A stretch of DNA of 40,446 nt from Saprolegnia diclina VS20 (Eukaryota). A program made the translations under genes and the position numbers. Shown one piece after another: positions 32,978 to 40,446 of the stretch; within the stretch, counting starts at the first letter, position 1; the number at the start of each line of letters is the position of its first letter. The notes beneath the pieces are model-generated. The model saw only the letters and a list, made by a program, of their open reading frames with translations, was not told the origin of the DNA and searched no databases. The stretch is from assembly GCF_000281045.1 (NCBI RefSeq), contig NW_008246151.1, positions 1-40,446 on the forward strand, read 5' to 3'.

Positions 32978-33514
32978 TCATTCGTCGTCGTCATGCTGCG
33001 GCTTGAAGAGCAGCTCATGCCGGAACCGGTCCGGCACGACGCCGCCCTGGGTGAAGACAGCCTCGGTCATGAAGCGCTGCGCCTTGAGCCCGTCCTGTTC
33101 TTTCGTCCACTTGGTGCGAATCACTTCCATCTCTTCGGGCGCCGGGCAGTTACCCTTGAGCTCCCGCGGCGCCGCAAACTCGGTCGGCGTTGCGCTGTTG
33201 GCGTGCGTCGACCGCTGCAGCGAGATCCACGTCGACGGCGACGCGTCACGGTCCGCGCCCACAATGTTGTTGTAGTCGTAGCGCGGGTTCATGCTCGGCT
33301 GGAGGCCCGCGCCGAAGGCCGGGCGCGGCGCGCCGTGGTTCATTTGGTCTTGCGTCGACGTGACGTACATGGCCGACGAGAGGCCCTTAGCCTTGGGCAC
33401 GCCCGGCCGGTACGCCTCCTCGACAAAGTTGCCCACGAGCGTACTGCACTCGTACGACCGCTTCCCGCCCCGGAGGATGTTGGAGCCGCCGCCGCTGTGC
33501 CGGTTGATGCTCAT
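32978..33514 (-). CDS. Small putative flagellar microtubule-inner protein (CFAP107/CFAP68/CFAP95-type N-terminal motif)
   Basis: YECSTLVGNFVEE resembles the Y..TL(I/V)GNW.EE motif, followed by YVTSTQ-type segments. Intronless with strong codon bias. An alternative ATG lies at 33550. Confidence 0.55.
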   Translation of the reverse strand: MSINRHSGGGSNILRGGKRSYECSTLVGNFVEEAYRPGVPKAKGLSSAMYVTSTQDQMNHGAPRPAFGAGLQPSMNPRYDYNNIVGADRDASPSTWISLQRSTHANSATPTEFAAPRELKGNCPAPEEMEVIRTKWTKEQDGLKAQRFMTEAVFTQGGVVPDRFRHELLFKPQHDDDE

Positions 33515-33907
33515 CGAGGTCTGTTGCAGAAATGGAGCTATTTTCAGCATCCGTCGCATTTACCGGCAGCCTCGCCCAGCAGCAGCATCTGCCACGCAAG
33601 ACGAGGCCAATATCAAGCTCTTCTTCTTCCTCCTCCACCGGCGACCTCAGCAGTACGTGGCAAAGCTACGTGGCAAGCCAGCAAGGGTGGTGTTGCCAAG
33701 GGTACTTGATCGAAGGGTTTAATTTTAAAATGATAGCTCTCTCACAGCAAGGTATTATTTTAAAACAACTGCCGAAAGTGATTTAAATGAAGGGTGGCAA
33801 GGTCCATGTGCCTTGGATTTTGTATAGGAATACCTTTATGAAGGGCCTTCATTAACGTAGCGCGGGTTGCCACGTAGCGCACTTTCCGAAAAACGCCCAA
33901 GTCCAAA

Positions 33908-34369
33908 ATGCTCAACGTGTCGCTGCCGCAAGCCATCTTCCTCCCGCCGCTGCTCATCATCCTCGCGTCCATCTCGCTCGTGACCTTCCAGAACCTCTAC
34001 TCGACGCTCACGGCCTGTACGCACCTCGCTTGCCCATGGAGGCTCATGCTGCTGCCTGTAGATGCCACCAAGTACTCGTCCAACGACATCATCAAGACCC
34101 TCAAGCCTGGTACGCATGCTGCTACGTGGCTTGCCTCATGGCGCGCATTAGGGCTCGTCCAGGTCAAGAACTTTCTCGAGCACGTCCTCGGGAAGGCGTC
34201 GGCCTTCAAGTTCAACCTCCAGCACGTGCTGCTCATGGTCATTGTGTTTGTGCTGATCGCCATCTTCAACGAGCTTTCGCAAGCCAACGCGCTCAAGGAG
34301 AAGGAGCTCAAGCTTCTGCGCGCGGCCAACAAGAAGGCTGCGGACGACGAGGCCAAGAAAACCAAGTAA
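33908..34369 (+). CDS. Small two-TM membrane protein with Lys-rich C-terminus, probably 3 exons
   Basis: Hydrophobic IFLPPLLIILASISLVTF and VLLMVIVFVLIAIF, tail ..EAKKTK*. Candidate introns at 34017-34061 and 34110-34151. Confidence 0.7.
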   Translation: MLNVSLPQAIFLPPLLIILASISLVTFQNLYSTLTACTHLACPWRLMLLPVDATKYSSNDIIKTLKPGTHAATWLASWRALGLVQVKNFLEHVLGKASAFKFNLQHVLLMVIVFVLIAIFNELSQANALKEKELKLLRAANKKAADDEAKKTK

Positions 34370-35917
34370 TTCACATCGGCTTTCTTCACGGTTTTACGGC
34401 GTGGGATACGACTTGAGCTCTAAACGAGCTCCTCCACACGCAACTACTGCAGCTTCCCAGACGGCGTCTTTGGGATCGTCTTGGAGCAGCACGACGTTGG
34501 CGCAAGGCAGGCGGTTGCGCAATGGACGCGCAGAGCGACGCGTTCGTGGCGTGCGCTGGACGTTCTCCTTGAGCTCAGCCACAACGACGACCGCATCGTC
34601 CAGTGCACATACCGAAATGCAGCCGGGACGCTCGCCTCGATGATCTGGGGCAGACGACGCGGCGGTCTAGTGTAGGGATGCGCTTGAGACGAAGTAGAAG
34701 CGCCCGCAGCGGTGGAGGAGCCCGACGCCTTGATTCCTTTTCATCCATCAGCATCTCGCCTCTAGTGCGCAGGCACATGGGAACGGGCTCGCGTCTCGTC
34801 GTCGCGCTGCCAGTAGCCCTTGGTGATGCTGTCGCCCGCGAGCCAGATCGAACAGAAGGAGTGTAGCCGGGGGTACCCACACGGCGTGGGCGCAACAGTA
34901 CTTTCGTACCCCGGGGCATGGTTTTGGGCGCTTTTTGCGTTCGAGCGCGTGGCGATCGATTTAATCGTATGACCGAAAAGTTGGCGTCGTTTCCGAAGGT
35001 AGCGTCGTTTCGAGTGCAATGACGTGGGGAATTCCAACGCTCAGAAGACCGCAGCGACGCACGGGATGCTCAGAAGACGAAGACGCCAAGCAACTAGTAC
35101 ATTAGTACACTGCAGTTGAACTCTGCGGTTGTTTCAGAAAGCGAGCTGGATTTCGCGCCCAAATGCATTCGACAGCGTTGCACAAAAGCCCCTCGATGAG
35201 CAGTCCCTTACCCTTGCCCAAGAGTCTTGGACACGGGTGAATAAGACATTTCTTGTTGTCCTTGGGCGCAAGCCGAGCACATCAACTTGCCGTCGGGCGG
35301 TAATGCTGAGCAGCGAGGGTGAGCAACTTGCAGTGTCGTTGTGATAATTCCATCACAGACAAATTTTGGCGCTCGTGCCGCTCGGTTGTTGCATTCTGTG
35401 AGGATTGTTGTGAGTAACATGGCTCACGCTCTGAACAGCGCTCTGAGCTTATAGACTCCGTACGACAAACTGCTCGCGGAGCCTCGACAAGCCTTGACGA
35501 GCGCCGGTGCTCTCCCTACGCATTGGTCGCGTCTTGCTCGTCACTGGGTGTAGGAAATGGCCAACGTTCAAGGCCGCAACGTGCATCACAGTCAGTCGAC
35601 CCTCTGCGTGACGGCTCGGTTCCTCCGTCCATACCTTCCTCGGGAGAGATGTTACAACTCACGTGGCTGCATCTCCACGGTAAAAAGCCCTGCAAATTCG
35701 CTGGATATCTCTGCATCGGCCGCTACTCACCACCACGCGGTACGTCGATGCGCGCAGGTTTTACCCATTTGACGTGCTCCGTCCATGCGCTCTGCCCTGC
35801 ACGAACAAACGTCCATACAAACACCAAGAGAGCCACGACGTCCTCGATCAAGATCCCAAGTTGCACTTTCTCAAACTGCACACGGGGTCGGACTCACACG
35901 TTGGTCGCAACACTGTG

Positions 35918-35936
35918 CAGCATTTAGCAATTTCCC
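35918..35936 (+). promoter_or_regulatory. Oomycete Inr-FPR-like core promoter element
   Basis: CAGCATTTAGCAATTTCCC lies just upstream of ATG 35944. It is a near match to the TCATTYBNNNWTTY consensus. Confidence 0.4.
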
Positions 35937-35943
35937 TCGCACC

Positions 35944-36849
35944 ATGAAGACGTCTTTTGTTGCTGTCGCCGTGGTCGCTGCGCTCGCCGCCTTTGGTGAT
36001 GCGGCTCCGATGCAAGCCGGGTCGTGCGCTGCGGCCAAGTGCCCACCCGTCGGCGGCAACTTTTGCTCGGCGTCGTCCGTGTCACCGGCGGCATTTACGA
36101 CCAACTTCAAGAACGAGTGCGAGTGCCTCAAGGCCAAGTGCCTGGACAAGAAGGTGCAGTGCTACGCCAAGGCGCCCAAGTGCGACCCCAAGGCGCTCCT
36201 CGAGCTCAAGGACCAGGCTGTCACAAGGATCTCGCCGGTCTGCGCCTCGAACGGCGTCACGTACGACAACTACTTCCAATTGAAGGTCGGCCGCGCGCTC
36301 GACCCATCGATTCAGTTTCTCATCACGGGCAAGTGCCCGACGACGATCGCCAAGTGCGTCAAGAAGAAGTGTCCGTCGACGCGCGAAAAGATCTGCGCGC
36401 TCGAAGCGGCGGGGAAGGCGCCCGTGTTCTACCAGAACCAGTGCTATTACGACATTGGACTCTGCCTCAACCCCAAGCTCACCGTCTCCAAGGTCTGCCC
36501 CAAGTCCAAGAAGACCAAGTCGCTCTCGGCCGACGCCAGCTTTGCGCTCACTGCTGGCGGCAACGAGACGACGACCGCGCCGACGCCCGCTTCGGGCTCT
36601 GGCTCGAGCAGCGAGGAGGACGAACCGGCGGGCGACGAGATTGTCTGGTCGGACGCGGACGAGTTTTACGTGGGCGAAGACCTCATGGCGCAGTTTGAAT
36701 CCAACACGACGGGCTCGGGCTCGAGCAACGGCACCATCACGACGCCAACCAACAAGACGACGACGGCGCCGAACACCAAGCCGAGCTCGGCCGCAACGAC
36801 GATGGTGTCGCTCACTGCGCTCGCTGTCACTGCATTGGCCCTTGTCTAA
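35944..36849 (+). CDS. Secreted three-domain Kazal-like protein with Ser/Thr-rich stalk and probable GPI signal
   Basis: Signal peptide MKTSFVAVAVVAALAAFGDA. Kazal-type segments NFKNECEC, PVCASNGVTYDN and FYQNQC. S/T-rich stalk. Tail PSSAATTMVSLTALAVTALALV*. Confidence 0.85.
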   Translation: MKTSFVAVAVVAALAAFGDAAPMQAGSCAAAKCPPVGGNFCSASSVSPAAFTTNFKNECECLKAKCLDKKVQCYAKAPKCDPKALLELKDQAVTRISPVCASNGVTYDNYFQLKVGRALDPSIQFLITGKCPTTIAKCVKKKCPSTREKICALEAAGKAPVFYQNQCYYDIGLCLNPKLTVSKVCPKSKKTKSLSADASFALTAGGNETTTAPTPASGSGSSSEEDEPAGDEIVWSDADEFYVGEDLMAQFESNTTGSGSSNGTITTPTNKTTTAPNTKPSSAATTMVSLTALAVTALALV

Positions 36850-37702
36850 CTGTCTATAAACTAATCTCTCTCTTCTTGCGTGGGCAGTCTTATCAACGGG
36901 TCACTGGGGACGCCGATGAGCCGCCACGACCGGATCGAACCCAGCTCTGGATGAAAACAATGTTGCGAGGCGAGATGCGAATACTGTGAATGAGCTGTCG
37001 ACCGGGCCACTCGGGCGTAAATTGACGTCTGTCAGGATTTGCTCCAAGCTTGGAGAGGCTGCTCACGCACCTCGGAATCTTCCTCATGAGAAAGTCCAAA
37101 CGAATCCAACTGTGAGTGACGAGTGCAATGCGTGTCTACGCTCATACAAGACGCAAGTCTAAACGACCCGATCAAAACGCCTCGGTTGGTTGGTGCGAGC
37201 TTCGTCCGAGGACTGTTAGGAAGAGGTGGCAACACGCTGCGGCTCGGCGTCCAGGCGGCAGTACATGCACCCGCTCGTTTCAGCAACTTGTTCCCGTTGT
37301 TCCGCTTCTCCAAAAGGAAATATGCTCGTGGGAAAGAGGCTCTTCGCCGATCCCACTGCTCGCAACCCGGACAAAAGATCTGATTGTTGGGCGCCACAAC
37401 CCTTTTTGTACCACAAGGAATCTTGGGAAAGTCCACATCGCGGGATTAGGGTTACACCTTAGTCGGAAGACCCTCGAGACGTACTATGGAAGCAAGTGGC
37501 CGGCGTCGTTGCAGACGCATTAAGCTCGCATCGGCTCGAGCGAGCAGCGCTTGTTTGGACCTCGGTTTCTCTGGTTGAAGCAGTGTTTTGGTTTTGGACA
37601 CTGGATCCTTACAACCGCAGAAAGGACAAACCTACTGTCGTGGCTGCTACAACCGCGGATCGTCCATTGCCGCGCGGTTGTGCTGAGGCGTTTGGTTCGA
37701 GT

Positions 37703-37720
37703 TTTCATTTTTCATTTTGC
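37703..37720 (+). promoter_or_regulatory. Oomycete Inr-FPR-like core promoter element
   Basis: TTTCATTTTTCATTTTGC fits TCATTYBNNNWTTY. It is very close to ATG 37722, which would leave only a tiny 5' UTR. Confidence 0.4.
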
Positions 37721-37721
37721 C

Positions 37722-38179
37722 ATGCAGCTCTCGTTTGCACTTGTCCTGACCGCTGTTGTCGCCACGCTCGGGGCCGAAGCCAACGTCCTCCAAGCCGGGT
37801 CGTGCGCCATGTCGTGCAAGGGCCCCAAGACCGGGTTTTGCTCGGGCGTCGGCGCGCTTCCAACGGCGCTCTCAGCGACCACTTACAACAACGAGTGCGA
37901 GTGCCTCCAGGCCAAGTGCCTCAAGGGCAACGCGGTGCAGTGCTACGCCAAGCCGACCGCCGGCAAGTGCGACCCCAAGGCGCTCCTCAAGCTCAACGAA
38001 CCCACCGCCAAGTCGCTCAAGCTCGTCTGCGGCTCCAACGGCGTCACGTACGACAACTACTTCCACCTCAAGGTCGCGCGCGAACTCGGCGGCATCCAGT
38101 TCCTCCAGACGGGCAAGTGCACGTCGCAGTACAAGACGTGCATGACCAACGTCAAGTGCTCCAACGAAGACAAGGTCGT
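37722..38179 (+). CDS. Second Kazal-like secreted protein (paralog), truncated by the assembly gap
   Basis: Signal peptide MQLSFALVLTAVVATLGAEA. NNECECLQAKC, KCDPKALL, LVCGSNGVTYDNYF and QTGKC are collinear with the 35944 gene. Confidence 0.85.
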
Positions 38180-38279
38180 NNNNNNNNNNNNNNNNNNNNN
38201 NNNNNNNNNNNNNNNNNNNNNNNNNNNNNNNNNNNNNNNNNNNNNNNNNNNNNNNNNNNNNNNNNNNNNNNNNNNNNNN
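38180..38279. other. Assembly gap (100 N, probably of unknown size)
   Basis: Exactly 100 Ns. Confidence 1.
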
Positions 38280-39013
38280 AATTTAAACACCTCCAAACAC
38301 TAATTTTAATACCATTTATTACCATTCTTATCACACTACTCTTCCCACCCTCCCAATTTAAACACCTCCAAAATTTTCAAACGCTGCGCTCGCGGGACTG
38401 AGTCGGGCCTACGTGTTGAATCCCACCGCCTATATACACGCTTTTTTATTCTTGTCCGAGCGGCTTCTCATTTTATATCGCATTACGTCTCGTCGTTATT
38501 TCATCGCACTACGTATCGTTTTGACATCTTATTAAAGCATCATTTATATTTCATTATTACTACCACGTCTCTACTGCGTATACAAGATCCATGTTACCAA
38601 TTACAGCTCCGGTGCAGAGATACCTCCCACCCTTCCATACGTCGCTACCCAAGTCACGCATCATACTCTTCATGCACTCGTTGCGTAAATTGTATTTTAA
38701 AGACCAAAACATTTTTATATCCACTCCCTTTACATTAGTCTCTTTCATCACGAATATAGGCGTCTAGACAATAAATAATAAATAGCCAAATACATCGAGA
38801 CGCTTATAAGGTACCTTTACTTCTCTTGAAATCATTATTCGAGATCAAATGCAATACGCAAATATATCGTGAAAAATATTATGCAAAAATACTTTTATCC
38901 GATAGCGTTATCTCAAAGTATCATCAGAAAGCATTCTTCGATAGTATTATTCAAAAAATATTATCCGAAATTTTTATATAAATATTGTACATATATGTTG
39001 CAGCAATAATAAA

Positions 39014-40089
39014 TTACTATACGGATACGTGCCAAGGAGAGGCTCTGCCTGCAAAGCCTGGTCTAAGCTATTGCATACATTTGGCTGTGCGAAGAAGTCC
39101 GGCACCGGAGCTCCGGTACCAGGTGTCAGGCTTCCTTTAAAATGTTGGCTAGCTAATTAGTGCCACATACTTTCGGTGCACACAGAGCATTTATACACAG
39201 CTCAAAAATGTCTTCAGGTTCAATACTGACTCCGTGAAAAAAATGCTTCGTCAAAACGAGTGCGCTACTATAGTAATCAAGAGAAAGACATACATACGCT
39301 TATATCGTACACACTTTGGGACACAGACGCAGTTTAAATACTCACACAGTTGAGGAACATAGATGACATAAATACTTCATGAAGTTCAATCCTTTGAATT
39401 TCAGCATTGCTTAAAGCCTGCCTTGGAGTTCTAATGCACGCTCTGGATACATACAACTATCCGGATTTCTCCATTGGAGCTCTTATGCAGGATACAAATA
39501 CTTAACATTATTCTTACGGTTTTTACTCGATAATTATCAATATTCTGACGATGTTTTACTCTATGATTATCATTATTCTTACGCAAAAATTATATTCCTG
39601 ACGCACTCCATTTCAAACGCAAATCATCTATTTACAAATCTCAACGCAAATGCTTTGCGAACTTTCATGCAATAGACCATGCTTTAATAGTTTGCAGGCA
39701 CCTCGTGCAATCGTGTCTTGCAAAAATGTCTTGCAAAAAATATTATCTGAAAATATCATCAGGAAATATCATCCGAAAATATCATCCGAAAATATTATTT
39801 GAAAATTTAATCCAAAAATATTATTTGAACATTGTACCTATATTCTACATATATTGTACAGCAGATACAATTTTACTATACAGATACGTGCCACGCAGAG
39901 GCTCTGCCTGCAAAGCCTGGTCTAAGCAATTGCATATATAGCACGGTGCGAAGAAGTCATGCATCAGAGCCCCGTGCCATGCGAATTTGGATACGTTGGC
40001 TATCTAGGCAGTGCCAGGTACTTTCTGTGCACACATAGCGTTAATACACAACTATACAAGGTCCACAGCTGCATTACCGACTCCATAAA
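39014..40089. repeat. Diverged direct duplication of a ~220-bp block (about 39014-39238 and 39873-40089)
   Basis: Identical 31-bp core AGAGGCTCTGCCTGCAAAGCCTGGTCTAAGC at 39038-39068 and 39897-39927. Further collinear matches: GTGCGAAGAAGTC, GTTGGCTA, GTGCACACA, GACTCC. Confidence 0.9.
39737..39827. repeat. 13-bp minisatellite, 7 copies (consensus about AAAATATYATCCG)
   Basis: AAAATATTATCTG/AAAATATCATCAG/GAAATATCATCCG/AAAATATCATCCG/AAAATATTATTTG/AAAATTTAATCCA/AAAATATTATTTG. Confidence 0.9.
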
Positions 40090-40099
40090 AGATTTGATA

Positions 40100-40237
40100 A
40101 CATCCACACCACCAACCGTTGGATGTGCGCTCACATCCAAACCATGTGACTTTGGCTGTGTACTTACATTCATATCATCTTACATTGGATGCGCGCTCAC
40201 ATCCATACCATCTGACATTGGATGTGCGCTCACATCC
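40100..40237. repeat. 33-bp tandem repeat, 4 copies plus a partial, internally palindromic
   Basis: Consensus ACATCCATACCATCTGACATTGGATGTGCGCTC, with units starting at 40100, 40133, 40166 and 40199. Confidence 0.9.
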
Positions 40238-40446
40238 CGAAAAACCATCTGATTTCAGTCGTGACAACCAGAAACACGTGGCATAATCAGTAAATGACAA
40301 TTTTCTCCATAACTAGAGGAGATCCGGGGGAGATATTTCCCAGACACATGCGGACTGCTCTTGTGCATCCGATGAACCAAGCGGCGTCTCCTGGATCGTC
40401 CTAGTTTGCGATAGCCCACACTTATACCCTCCCACCCTCCCACCCC

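Noticed and set aside
34394..34919. Possible small spliced minus-strand gene
   Set aside because: I could not build a consistent exon chain or recognise a product.
40100..40237. CRISPR-like appearance of the palindromic repeats
   Set aside because: The period is only 33 bp, the variable parts are homologous rather than unique spacers, there are no cas genes, and the context is eukaryotic.

Overview
Eukaryotic, GC-rich and gene-dense DNA with very short (33-55 nt) GT-AG introns. The gene set and Inr-FPR-like promoter motifs point to an oomycete, most likely Saprolegniales (inferred from the sequence, not from a search). I can support about 21 protein-coding loci: a tandem-domain rhodanese, a C2-DEP-AGC kinase, a COPI-associated/Tvp15-like membrane protein, RAD1, a CxxC protein, PA2G4/Ebp1, a degenerate 2OG-Fe(II)-oxygenase-like protein with a downstream relic, UTP21/WDR36, an HDHD1-like HAD phosphatase, a tandem-PH protein, NUP42, a Lys-rich disordered protein, a PX-like protein, four tandem bZIP-like/START-like (M96-family-like) paralogs, a membrane-anchored PP2C, a flagellar MIP-like protein, a small membrane protein and two Kazal-like secreted proteins. 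There are two assembly gaps. After the second gap the sequence switches to an AT-rich, repeat-structured, apparently non-coding block. The best candidate for an undescribed system is the four-gene bZIP-like/START-like array, which has a shared N-terminal 'LLNP' (eh1-like) motif, a His-type basic region and differing intron counts. Next are the Kazal pair with a rewired disulfide pattern and the C2-DEP-kinase architecture. Exon boundaries were read by eye and all homology calls come from motif recognition.
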